A stretch of DNA of 64,000 bases, from contig NC_043013.1 in assembly GCF_006345805.1 (NCBI RefSeq), forward strand, positions 28,830,001 to 28,894,000, in the 5' to 3' direction. Below the pieces are notes generated by a model that searched no databases, had not been told where the DNA came from, and saw only the letters and a list, made by a program, of their open reading frames with translations. The translations under genes were made by a program, and so were the position numbers. Positions within the stretch are counted from its first letter, which is position 1; every line of letters begins with the position of its first letter. The stretch is from Octopus sinensis (lineage: Eukaryota). Shown one piece after another: positions 25,908-38,266 of this stretch.

Positions 25908-26469
25908 TCATGTGTGTGTTTGTCCAACCCCACCTCCATCATCACTTGACAGCCAATGCTGGTGTGTTTATGTCCCTGTAACCAACCTTACCTCTGCTTG
26001 TGCCACATCCAAAGCACTCAGTCCACTCTGCTGGGTGTTTGGTGTCAGGAAGGGCATCCAGCTGTAAAACCCTGTCAAAACAGTCACAGAAGTCTGGTGC
26101 AGGCTTCTGCCTGGCCGGTTCCTGTCAAACCATCCAACCTATGCTAACATGGAAGGCGGACATCATCGTCACGATCCCACATGAATAATTCAAAACAATG
26201 TGAATAGATAAGCATCACATTTGATGGAGTAATTTGAATACCAAAGGGCCAAAGCCATTGTCCAGTTTAGCAATCACCACCAGGAGCTCGTGAGTGTCTC
26301 TTGTTGGAGTGTCCACTCAGTGGTAAGCTTTAGGACCAGGTCTGTCCAGTCTGAGGACGGTTTACTTTCTGCTCATCACAAATCCATGTGCCATTGTGTC
26401 CTTCTTTCTTGCTTTCTTCCCATCATGTCTCAGAGGGTCTAAGAATGTTATGATTTTTCTTCTCCTCTT

Positions 26470-27180
26470 AACAGAACACAAGATAAAAAAAAAGCACACT
26501 TTGACATTTCAATAAATTTAAAGAGTCTTCTCTTCCTCCTCCTCCTTTTTTCTCCCCCTCTCTCCACCTTTCCATCCTCCCCTTCATGTCCTTCCTACCA
26601 TTCTTTTGTATTTGTCTTCTGTTCTTTTTCTTTTTTCTTGCTTTCCTTTTTTCTTTTCTTTTTCTCTTCCTCTCTTTTTCTTTTTCCATTTTCTTTTGTT
26701 TTTTTTCTCTCCTTATTTTTTCTGCCCTTTTTCCTTCCCTTTTCTTTGCCTTCTTTTTTTCTAACTTAAGAGACCTTGGATGATAAGAGGCATGTATTTT
26801 ATTTCAAATATTTTCTCTTTACCATTTTTTTTGTTTCTTGCTTTTTGTTTTTCTTTTCTTTTCTCTTCTTTTTTTTTATATTCGAAATGCAAAAAAGCAG
26901 AATAAATGTTGTTTTAAGAATATTTAAAATAAAATGAAATAAAAATAAACAGAAAGAAAAAAAGACTGAAAGAAAAAAAAAGACCAAAAGAAAGAAAGAC
27001 TTATTAACTAGATTAGGATAGGGAGGGCAGGGAAGGAGATGGAGAAATTGCATAAAAATTTGAAGATTAAAACAAAGAAGTATAAAGACTGAACAAAAAA
27101 AAAGGAAGAGGAGAGAGAGAGAGAGAAAGTGAGAGAGAAAGAGAGAGAAAAGAAAGAAGGAAAGGAATAATAATAAAATA
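26470..27180. repeat. Pyrimidine-rich then purine-rich low-complexity tracts
   Basis: Read directly. Confidence 0.8.
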
Positions 27181-28110
27181 TTTATTGTAAGTTTTCTAAT
27201 ACATTTTTAATTGGGGAATTTGGAAAAATTCGATTTGGGATTTAATGAAAGTATTTATTTCCCTTTTTTTTTCCTTAATGAGGTAAAATAAATTAAGGAC
27301 CGCATCAGTCCTCGTTATATTAATGGTTTCTTTACATTGGCTCAAGGCCATAAATCCTCTGAGAGAAACAGCAGTTCAATGAATTGAATTGAAGAAGAAG
27401 GGCTCCCATTATATGATCTGTACTAATTTTTATTGACCCACCCGGGGGGTGGGGGTGGATATAAATAAATAAATGAATAAATAAGTGGTGGAAAAAATGT
27501 GGGTGGAGACTAAATACTGCAATGCATTTGGTCCTTTGTAGTACTAAAGAGCCAGTGAGGGATCCTCTATGTGGTCCCTTGATTTCCTAGAAGTAGCAAC
27601 CAAAATCTTACTCTGCTGTCTTACAGTAGGATGGATGAAGTCATTATACTGTGTGCACCAACAGAAAGATGGGATGGTCATGATTGGAATACCTTTGCCT
27701 GTAAATCTGTTTAATTGAGACTGATCTAGGAAGAAAACTACTTTCAGATTTCTTAACTATTGTTTCAAAACCAACAACAATAACAACAATAATGTTCCGT
27801 TTTTTCGGATTTGGTTTGCAAGATTCTTGATGTGGATTTGTGTGTTGAAGCAAATTTTGTTGTGTCTTAGGAGAATCATTATGCCAATAACCATAATAAT
27901 GGTCTCAAATGTTGGTACAAGGCCAGCAATTTTAAGGAAGGAAGTTTAGGGCTCAACATATTTTATTCACCCCTAAAAGAATGAATAGTAAAGTTGACTC
28001 TGGCAGAATTTAAAATCAGAATACAGAGACTGATGAAATGTTGTTAAGCATTTTACCCAGCATGCTGATGGTTCTACCAGATTGCTGCCTTACCAATAAT
28101 CATAAGAATC

Positions 28111-28891
28111 ACACATGCACTGGTTCAATTCCACTTCTTTATTGTTAGTCTATGGTTAAGTATCCAACCAATTAACTAATCAATCGTTTGTTTAATTTGT
28201 AGGTTAAACAACCAATTGGTTGTTTGTTTGTCAACGTTCTTTTCTTTGCTCTGAGACTCAGAACAGACCTTGGAGTGAAAGGGGAAGTCGAATCTTTTCG
28301 GTTTGAACGGCAGTTTTTTCTAGCGGTGTCATATGAAATTGTCACCCATAATTATGACCCTAGTATCGATCTATTGCATTTCAATTTATTTTAGGGTTAG
28401 GGTTAGTTAGGGTTAGGGGTGGGGGGAAGGGTATCTTTTTTTCTTCACAAATGTAAATAAACCCAATGTGTTTCTTAAACGAGGGACATATTCATGCAGC
28501 ACAGAATGTTTTTTTACCTCAATAGACGTATTTGATTGGTTGAAATTGCAGAAATTGAAGAAAAAGAACAACAAATATCTTACAAACTATAGAATTTTCT
28601 CAATAAAGCCAAGAGAAAAAGATGTTTTATAAACACATTCTACCAGTATACAAAGTTAAAAATTTTTTAGTTACCTAGAAACTATGTTAAAAACTGCCGT
28701 TCAAACCAAAAAGATCCGGGAAGTCATTAAGTCACTGAAAAGATCATGAACGGTACAGAAAATGCTTTGACTAACAAACAACTAGTTGATTGTTTAACCA
28801 GAACATTAAACAAATGATCGATTAGTTACTTGGTTAGATATCTAACCAACTGATTAGCAATACAGAAGTAATTTTGAACCAGTGCATGTGT
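28111..28891. mobile_element. Outer MITE with ~125-bp imperfect TIRs
   Basis: acacatgcactggttcaa...ttgtttgtttgtcaa (28111-~28233) versus ttgactaacaaacaac...ttgaaccagtgcatgtgt (~28767-28891). Confidence 0.75.
28290..28717. mobile_element. Inner MITE with an 8-bp TSD and internal TTAGGG repeats
   Basis: TSD GGGAAGTC at 28282-89 and 28718-25. TIR G(A/G)ATCTTTT(C/T)GGTTTGAACGGCAGTTTTT. Confidence 0.9.
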
Positions 28892-29227
28892 TATTATTTT
28901 TTGTGCGATGACCCTCCCAAGACACAACAATAATCTTGATTTCTTTAATAAACCCAACACTCTAACCACTTGACTCATTATGTGTGGATGTGATTTGAGG
29001 GAGATTAGTTGCTATATTCAGCAGCCTAACCAACCATGTACAGACTCCCTCATTGGATTAATTAAACAACATGTAAAAGATTGAAGCATGGTGTTCATGT
29101 ATAAGTGCAGTAAAGGAACAGATGTGAACCAAGAAACCAAATTGTGTCTGTAAGAAAGAGAGAGAAGAACATAATATGATATCTGTCTTGAATGCTTCTT
29201 TCACTAGATTCCTTCTTTTGTCCACAG

Positions 29228-29282
29228 GAAGGAAGCAGATATGGACTTCATGAATTTTTTATGTCGAGAGATGAGTAACCAG
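29228..29282 (+). CDS. AARSD1: AARSD1 internal exon
   Basis: Acceptor cttttgtccacag, donor gtaagt; 55 nt. CG|G then KEADMDFMNFLCREMSNQ (human KEGDSEFMNIIANEIGSE). Confidence 0.9.
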
Positions 29283-30080
29283 GTAAGTAGATTTGAAAAG
29301 TTATTTAAATAATCTTCATCGAAATGGTTACTTCCATTTCTAGGTCTCCTGCTTCCACAAACTCCATTCACTTTAAACAATTAGCTCTTCTTTATCCTCA
29401 TCCATAAGCATTACAAGTCCACAACCAGTGCAGTCTTATCTTTTGCACACTACATCGGATTCCTCTTAAACCCAAACATATTAGTACTTCACTGGTGATG
29501 TGCTCTGCTTAAAAAGGACCCATCAAGCCAAGTGCACCCATGAAGCCCAGTATACCCATCATGACTATCTGTCTGATAAGGGGACACCAGGCACTATGTA
29601 TGTATATCATTGTTCAGTTTTATTTCTTGCTAATAGAGAAAGAGCTGGTTTCTAACCTAGATCCATGGCTCCTTCATAGGAATTTCAGCGTCAACAGCGG
29701 TGTATTTTTGTATTGCCAGCTCTGTCTGGCACCTGTGCGGGTGGCATGTAAAAAGCACCCACTACACTCACGTAGTGGTTGGCGTTAGGAAGGGCATCCA
29801 GCCGTAGAAACACTGCCAGATCAGACTGGGCCTGATGCGGCCTTCCGGCTTCACAGACCCCAGTTGAACCGTCCAACCCATGCTAGCATGGAAAGCGGAC
29901 GCTAAATGATGATGATGATGATGATATGTGCAGATATGTATAATATGTTTTATGTATGTATGAATCATTCTTCTTTCTAATTATATATGGACACAAATAC
30001 GTGTGTCCACACATGTATATATATACTACATACATACTTATATTCATATGCAAACATTCATACATATCTGCGTATTCATG

Positions 30081-30119
<39 letters not shown>

Positions 30120-31324
30120 ATATGTCCTTGTATGTATGCATATTTAGTATGAGTTATAACTAGAATATTATGCGTTCACAGACTGTTAACCCTAACTTCT
30201 GTGTTTGTATCTAAGCTATGGTTCAATGGTTATATTCTCTGTTTTATTGACTTATTTCTATGTTTATATGTTTACATAACTGTCTCCGTGTGAGTGCGTA
30301 CATGTGTGTATGAATGCATGTATGTCCGTATGAGTTTATGTGCTCATATAGATCTATCTACAAGTAACCATGGCATAATAGATAAGACTGTTGCAAACTT
30401 GTGCTAGAAATAATAGCACTTACCCTGGCCACTCAGGTTATACATTATGTATGAAACACAGTGCTGGAATATGATGGCTTATGTCTCCACTGAGAAATAT
30501 AAGAAAGAAGTGGAAGTGGTGGTGATTGTGCCTGTTTTTGTTTAACCCCAGGTTGGTCATTAACTATGATTGAGTAAACCTATGATCAAAGATATTTTGG
30601 CCATGGCCTTCTCAGCCATTGTTTTGTGGAAGGGGTAGGGAAGGATGAATGACGGTTTATTTAGAACTACATTATCATGGAAGCTGCAAGGTTAAATGAT
30701 TCAGAAGCTTGTTTCTCTCTTACAAGTTCCTGGGTTCAATCCCACAGTATGGCATCTTAAGTATTTTTTTTTTAATCGTGGCCTTGGGTTGAGTGAAAGC
30801 AGATAGATAAGAAACTGTTTAAAAGTCTGTCGGATGGATTGCACTTAAATACTTAAGCTCCTTCACTCTTGCTGTAGCATGGGCTATTGATGACTTTTCT
30901 TCACTCTTCTCAATCCTGGGCTGTCTGTTCTGTTTCTTATTCCTAGTCTTGTTGGTTTTGCATTATCATCGATGTTCCTCTAACTTCGCTTTTTTCTAGA
31001 TGGTGGAACAAGGGTGTTGGCCCCAAATAAACCCATTTTTACATCTGGGGAGAAGGGGACCATGTTAGTCTAGCTTCTTTCCTTTGACTTGTCAAGCATT
31101 CAAGGCCCTACCAGGATTGTATATTCCACTGTCATAGCTCTTGTGTCGGTATCAGATGGATTGTATCTGTAATGTAAAGGGGTGACTTTGGCATACGCTG
31201 TCTCACATAGATGCTCCCTAAGAATTTTGTTAAGGGTACACGCATATTTAGAATACTCGGTTATTTGTATGAGCCAGTAGCTCAGTGGATCAACTAAAAC
31301 TGCTCATCATTAATACTGGTAAAG

Positions 31325-31780
31325 ACCCTCCCCCCTGCTTCAGTCATGAATGACCATGAGATTGCACCTAGAAAGTTACCGTCTGAGGCACAAGTCCAGA
31401 CAAGGTTGTTTATGGAAGACCACCAGTTGCCCGTGAATACCAGCCTCCCCTCTCCATGCCACTGATGTTATCCAAGGGAAAGGTAAAGGGTAAGATTGTA
31501 GGTTTGATTCCCGGATCAGGCAATGCATTGTATTCTTGAGCAAGACACTTCATTTCACATTGCTCCTGTTCACTCAGCTGTAGAAATGAGTTGTGACATC
31601 ACAGGTGCCAAGCTGTATCAGCCTTTGCTTTTCCCTTGGATAACACTGGTGGCATGGAGAGGGGAGGTCAATATGCATGGGCGAATGCTGGTCTTCCATA
31701 AACAACCTTGCCCGGACTTGTGCCTGGGAGGGTAACTTTCTAGGTGCAATCCCATGGTCATTCGTGACTGAAGGGAGTCT

Positions 31781-31785
<5 letters not shown>
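31325..31785. mobile_element. Adjacent inverted SINE-B pair (minus 3' half 31325-31490; plus near-full copy 31490-31785)
   Basis: gaatgaccatgagattgcacctagaaagttacc...ttatccaaggg is the reverse complement of 31620-31780. Confidence 0.8.
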
Positions 31786-31809
<24 letters not shown>

Positions 31810-31811
<2 letters not shown>

Positions 31812-32545
31812 GGAGATAAATAAAAATATATGCATACATACAAACATATATGTACGTACCTACATCTACATGTATATATACATGCATATATAAATAATTA
31901 TACGGAAGTACAGGACATCACAATAAGACGTAGAAACAAAAAGAAAAACCAAAAAACAAAAAACAAGAAAACGGAAAACGAAAACCAATACAGGACAGGT
32001 TACACAAGGACAAAACCCCCGTCATCAGCTGTCGCTAGAGGAGTCAGGCATGTTTCGAAGGCATAACAGAACACTAATCCAATAGGCCTTCCTGCGAGAG
32101 AATTAAAATAAAATTTCAAGCAGCGGGGCACAATGAGTACGAACACAAACAAGACGTAACAATAAGACTGCAAAATTAAAATACAAGTACAAAAACAAAC
32201 ACAAGAGGACGAACGAAAAAGCCTTTTCTGGCATAGACAAACAATAAAACTGCAAAAATAAAATACATGTACAAAAAGTACAATTAGTTACAAAACGAGA
32301 AATAACAAGAATACTATACAGAAATTAACCACACAAGGGGACGAACGAAGAAGCCTTTTTGCTGGCAAGGACGAAAGTGTAGTAGTCAGCAGCGCGTGGA
32401 GGCAGTCTTTTCAATAGTGGTAACCACGTGTAAAGGAATTTTGTTTTATAGCAAGGAAGAGGGAAGGAGGAGGGGGACACGCGGCGAAGAGAGAGGAGGA
32501 GGGGGAGGGAGAAAGATTGAAGAGGTTAAAGCAAAGGGAGAGAGT
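31810..32545. mobile_element. Unclassified CpG-rich interspersed element adjoining (TA)n
   Basis: Retains many CpGs against a CpG-poor background and has an internal ~70-bp direct repeat (caataa-actgcaaaa...ggacgaacgaa-aagccttt). No ORF recognised. Confidence 0.45.
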
Positions 32546-33084
32546 ACCGCATCTTCACACACACACATCTATGTCTTTATGTATGTTCCCTACCCCACAC
32601 TGCTTCACAACTGATGTTAACTTATTTATGCTTCAGTAACTTAGCTGTTCAGCAAAAGAGAGTGATAGAATACCAAACTTTAAATAAGTATGGGGAGTGG
32701 ATTATTTGATTAAACCCTTCTGAGTAGTGCCCCAGCGTGGCTGCAGTCTGACTGAAACAAATGAAAAAATTATAAGTGGTTGAGTATATCTCAGATGTCT
32801 TTAACTTAATCTTCATGCCAAATCACCATGACAGAATATATGATATAGCCGGATCTTTGGATTACAGAACAATGCAACTAATGGCCTTATCCATAGTTTC
32901 TGCTTAACCAATTCCTATTTCATGTTATTTACTGTTTTCAGCCTAACACAAACATATAATTGTGGCTACAATAGCAATGTCTGTCCTTGAAACAGTTATA
33001 TATTTCTCATGTAATTAAGGGAGATAACTGTTGTCAGGACTAATATACCTTTATCAGCTTCTTCTCTAAAATACTTCTTTATAT

Positions 33085-33545
33085 ATAATAATAATAATGA
33101 AATTAATTGTATACAGTGCTCAGGTGCACCACAACTTGTCAGAAAGTGCATATAAAGTACATGCAGTAATGTAGAAATGTCTGGAAAGCGAACAATGTAT
33201 GAGTCAGATACATGCTTGTGTGTGTATGGAGGGGAGAAAATCAAGTGTAGTGTTGGTGAATCTCAGGAAGCATGGAAGTTTTGAAGGATGCAGTGCTCCG
33301 ACAACTAACAACTGATGCCGGCAGTTTGTTCCATGCTTCAGCAACCCTCAGCGTGAAAAAATGTTTCCTGAAGTCATGGGAGCTGTGCTGTTTTCTTACT
33401 TTGTAAATATGTCCACGGGTGTTAGATGGGTGGAGTTTGAAAAGGTGCTCAGAGTTATTGTTTGTACGATGGTTGATAATTTTATGGGTGTCTGCCAAGT
33501 CAGCTGCCAGACGTCGGAGTTTCAATGTGTCCATGCCCAGGGAAG
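33085..33545 (-). mobile_element. CR1-clade LINE 3' end
   Basis: Open stretch MDTLKLRRLAADLADTHKII...HFFTLRVAEAWNKLPASVV..HYT-stop, 3'UTR and (ATT)n tail. Confidence 0.9.
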
Positions 33546-34659
33546 TAAGACATTTCTGTTATAGGAACAAGGCTTGAAATTTTGTGAGAGAGGACTAGTT
33601 GATTACATGAACCTCCAGTGCTTAACTGATAGTTTGTTTCTTGATCCCAAAAGGATGAAAGGCAGATCAATCTGGGCAGCATTTGAACTTAGAATGTATG
33701 GAAGGAATGCTGCTAAGTTTTTTGTCTGAAGTCTTAATGATTCAGCCAGCTCGCCATCTTCATTCTCTTAAGTAATAGAAGAACCTCTGTGCAATTGCTT
33801 TACCTGCCATATACAGCTTCTGCTTTTTGCCATTGCTTGATGGGGGTTGGGGTTATCCAAGTTTAGTAGTCCCAGAGGCATCATCATTCGTAGAGCTGAC
33901 CAGGTCCACTAGTGCTCTCCACTGTGCCAGCCCCTCTGCTTACTCCTAGGTGATGTCAAGCTTCTGGAGATCTTCCTTAATCACATCCAGCTCATAGCTA
34001 TCCACTATGTGCATTGGTATGGACATGTCTTCAGCCATCTGTTAGATCATCCTATCAGGGCTTTAATCTCATTCACTAGATGCGGGAAGCAGATCTAATT
34101 TCGTTTAAATCCTATCCCGCCATCTTAGAACAAAAAAATAATAAAAAGGCAGTGGGGCAACTTAAGATAATATATTCCTTGATAGTGTATGATAGAATAA
34201 AAATAATGGAAATTATCATGGTTGGAATGTGTTTAATCATAAATCCATCTCAATCAGGGTTGAATTGGGGTTAAACAACAAACTCATAGTAGAATTCTGC
34301 AATTTTGCTGCTTCATTTTATAAATCTTGATATTCCTTCTCTTCATAGATTCTATTCATTTTCACAGAAGTCAAACATTCATCAGATGACAACATAGTCC
34401 AAAATTTTTCTACACAAAATAAAAATCCTATAGAAAATAAATTCTTAAGCATGGCTGTTTGCTTAAGTTCTCTTCACAACCATGTGATTTCAGGTTCAGT
34501 CCTAGGCACAGCTTCTTGGGCTAATGTTTTCTCTTATAACCCTGAGCTGATGAAAGCCCTGTGAAAGGATTTGGTAGATGGAAACTGAAAGAAGCCTGTT
34601 AGATGTGTGTGCACACACACACACATGCTAATATTGAACAGTGAGAACGAGTGCACAAC

Positions 34660-34850
34660 ACTGCATTGGTGGATAAATATTTGGCTTCATCCAGAGATAA
34701 AAATAAAACGACATACATCTTTATCCAATATGGTATGGACACTTAAAGAGAGGATCGTTAACAACCTCCATATAAACTGGAGCATTATAGCTAAAGCTAG
34801 CAAATACAGGAGGATGGGCAGCAAATGCAAGCTCTACATTACTAAATATC
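34660..34850 (+). mobile_element. Penelope-like element relic, C-terminal GIY-YIG-associated region
   Basis: HTSLSNMVWTLKERIVNNLHINWSIIAKASKYRRMGSKCKLY resembles the PLE motif T.LS.H.W.LK......W.I...A..Y......C.LC. Confidence 0.6.
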
Positions 34851-35539
34851 ATGACATCAACTAAATATCATAACTAAAAATATGCATCACTAAATATCAT
34901 AACATCAACAGTGAATGTTTTGAACATTAAAGAGGAAACCTTCTCCCACTGCATGCACAAGCAACAATTCATTCTTGGGAATTTTAAGCATACCCCCCAC
35001 CCACCCCACCACTTCATTACCCCTCTGACCTGGATAAGTTCTTTTCTGGATATTGATTATATGCATTATATGAGCATTATGCATAAACGACACATTCCCC
35101 CATAACTTATTCTAGATTCCCTCATTACGCAGATGTATGTGCATTGCATATATTCATGACATCACATGATGCACATAAAAAATACATATGTGCACAAACT
35201 TATGAATCCACAACCCCAGGGACCAAGTTTGGTGACGAAATCTCTGAGCCTCCACCATTATGTACACATACTCAAACACAAACAAAACATATAATGCAGC
35301 TGTTTGTGTGCATGTGTGTGTATGCATATATGTATCTGTGTCTGTATGTATCTTTGTGTATGTGTTTGTCCTCCACTGTGACACATGATGACTTAGTGGA
35401 TCAGCAAAAGAGACCGACAGAACAAGTAGCAAACTTAAAGGAATCCAAATTTCTAATTTGGTTGGTTTGTTTGACTAAACCCTGCAAGGTGATGCTCCAG
35501 CATGGCCTGAGTCCAATGACTGAAACAAGGAAATGACAA

Positions 35540-36560
35540 AAGATGCACACACACACACACACATCACTATCAAAGGCACCCACCTCATCAGCACCATCAT
35601 CTTCACAATGATTATGATGCTGTTGCTAATGATGATGATGGTGACGATGACTATAATAATGATGCTGAAGAGGATCGTAATCATCATCAACATTGTCTTC
35701 ACTCCCCACCTCACACCACCATACCCGCCCACGCACCAACTCCACCATTATGATTATTCCCATATTTGCAAATTTCTTCATAAAAATAGTATTTTGTGTT
35801 GCTTTAGTAATCACCTTCTGTTTTTCTCTTTTTCTTTTGTTTTTTTTTATTCATTTTTGCTTTCCTTTCTTTCTTTCGTTATTCCAACATGGCTTTTCAT
35901 TTTGAATTAGAAATTTGGATTTCTATTCAGGTTTTTGCAATAATTCTTTTGTCTTTGTCTTGGAGAACCAAGCCTTTTTCACCAATTCTGCCAATCCACA
36001 TTCATGTGACAATCTTCAACGGAATCTCATTTCCTTTAAAACTAAAGAAAGCAATTAATGTTAAAATGGAATTGTTGTTGCAGCTGTTGTTGTTGTTGTT
36101 ATTGTGATGGTGGTGGTGGTGATGGTTGTGGCGGCAGTGGGGGAGATGGCTGTTGGAGTAGAAGGTTAAGAATAACAACAACAAATAATAATAATAATGA
36201 TGAGGAGGATGATGATGATGATGGTGATGGTGATAATTTCTTTAATCACCACAAGGGCAACAAAGCAACAACAATGTAATAGAGTATGATTCTGAAGAAT
36301 ACCAAAAAAAAAAAGTAGTAGTATTAGTAGTGGTAGTAGTAGTAGTAATATGAAGAGGACTGGTGGTAGAAGAAATAATAATAACGATGATGATGATGAT
36401 GATGTGATAATAAAAATAGCAAATACAATGTGAATAAATAATAATAATAATAATATAAATATTAGAAATATCAACAGCAATGTTGATAGAGATTATGATG
36501 ACGATGATGATGCTGAAAATGATGGTGATGACGATGATGATTGTGATTACAAGAGAGAGA
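35540..36560. repeat. Compound trinucleotide low-complexity region (CAT/GAT/TGT/GGT/AAT/AGT)
   Basis: Read directly; lies upstream of the exon at 36963. Confidence 0.85.
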
Positions 36561-36962
36561 GAGAGAGACGGGGGGTGGCGGGGGGTGAATGAAAGAAGTC
36601 ATAGAATTTTGCCGTTGTTGTTTATTCCCTTTAATTTTAAAGGTATGGGTGGAATTTTGCTAATGAAAAATGAAAGAGATGTCAAACAATAAAAGGCATT
36701 TGTGCAAATGGGTGATGGGGGTGGGGTGGGGGGCAGGGAAGGTGGCGCTAAGGGATTCATTGTTGTTGTTGCTGTTCTATTCCGTTTTATTTTGGTACCT
36801 GTTTTATTTTTGTTGCTTTTAATTCTTTCTTTTTTATTTTTTTGGTTTTTGGTTTTTGTTTTTTTTCTGAGCTCAAAAGACATTTGTTAACCTGTTTATT
36901 TTTTATATATTTATTGTTTTCTATTTTTATTCTTTTTTTTTTTTTTGTCTTTTGTTTTGAAG

Positions 36963-37057
36963 GAGGTGACACTTTTCCTGACAGGTGGAGATGACAAAGG
37001 CTCAGGTTTATTCATGTTGGTTGGCAAAGAAGATCTGGTGGCAGATGTAGGACCAAG
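36963..37057 (+). CDS. AARSD1: AARSD1 penultimate-type exon
   Basis: Long poly-T tract then tgaag acceptor, donor gttgga; 95 nt. Translates EVTLFLTGGDDKGSGLFMLVGKEDLVADVGP(R) (human ETLLFLTVGDEKGGGLFLLAGPPASVETLGPR). Confidence 0.92.
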
Positions 37058-37322
37058 GTTGGAATAGTTTGATTTATTATTACCGAAGTCATTATTTAAT
37101 GTTAGAAATCATTATTATTGTGGCACTTGATCAATTTAGATCACTCTAAAGCATTCAATAGGATCGACCATTGCTGTTGATTGGCTGCTGTTCCAAATGC
37201 AGCCGGTTTCAGTCCCCTCTTCAGAATTTGGATCTGTGATCAAACTAAAATGGCTACCTAGTCAAACCATTTTAATCCATCTGTTTTGTTTGTTAAGGAA
37301 ACCTTGTCTCATCTCTTCTGTA

Positions 37323-38105
37323 TGAGGTCTGATTAATAAGTATCAGACTGTTGCCATAGTAATGAAGCTAAAACACGCAGAGTGAAACCACTTGGCAGAT
37401 TGACCTTCAAATTTGCTGTGTATGTGCACTGTTTTAACATTCTAGCTCACTTCTGCTGTTTATAGCAGTGCTTGAAAGGAAGGTGTGTTGCGTGTGACCA
37501 TTGCATTGACCATGGCAGACAGAGAAAGTTGTCATGGCAATACCTGCTCAGAGTCCTGCACAGAATTGCAGAAAGTGTATGGAGAGGAGTGTATGAGCTG
37601 CACACAAATGTACGAGTGGTCCAGACACTTCCAAGATGGCTGAAAAAATGTCAATATTGACGAATGTTCTGGGAGACCCGCAACCAGTAGAACTGACAAA
37701 AACCTCACAGATGTGCATGCAGCTGTGAGGGGAAATCATCGAATCACCATCCGTGAGTTATCAGAAGATGTGCAGATTAGTTATGGTTCAGTTCAGTCCA
37801 TTATCACTGAGGATTTGGGTATGAGACATGTATCTGCCAAGTTTGTGCCAAAACTGCTTTCAGCTGACCAAAAGGATACTCGGGTTTCAATTGTACAAAA
37901 TCTCCTTGATTGTGTCAAGAACGATGAAAAATTTTGGAAGACCTTCCTACAAAGCAGTTGTAAACAGTGGAAGAGAGCTAGAATGTTAAAACTTAGTGCA
38001 CATACAAAGCATAGTTCAAGGTCAATCTGTGCTAAGTGGCTTCACTCTGTGTACTTTAGCTTTGTTACTATGACAACAGTCCGGATACTTATTGATCAGA
38101 CCATG
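37323..38105 (+). mobile_element. Internally deleted mariner transposon with ~165-bp inverted ends
   Basis: TA at 37321-22 and 38106-07. Transposase N-terminus ..YEWSRHFQDG..DECSGRP..RITIRELSEDVQISYGSVQSIITEDLGMRHVSAKFVPKLL. 37945-38105 is the reverse complement of about 37323-37480. Confidence 0.9.
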
Positions 38106-38266
38106 TATGTCTCATCTCTTCTGTAAGTCTCATCTCTTCTGTAGGTCTTCTCTCTTTTGTATGTTTCATTTCTTGAGTGATAGTTCTAACAGTTGAGAAT
38201 CTAGAGAGAGCTTTTCTGGTTGGACTGGTGATCTGGTTTGAGTGCTTGGAAACTGGTTCAGTTTAA

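Noticed and set aside
28391-28418. Interstitial telomere or chromosome fusion scar
   Set aside because: Only about 4.5 units, inside a TSD-bounded MITE.
32016-32062. Complete type II hammerhead on the minus strand
   Set aside because: CTGATGA and GAAAC are present, but the cleavage triplet lacks the required U and stem I is mismatched, so it cannot be called.
35880-36060. Unique island that might be an extra exon
   Set aside because: No frame on either strand gave a recognisable protein bounded by good splice sites, and the AARSD1 exons already join in frame without it.
37713-38126. 137-aa ORF as a host SETMAR-like gene
   Set aside because: A transposase N-terminal fragment reading into the inverted end of a deleted mariner; the catalytic domain is absent.
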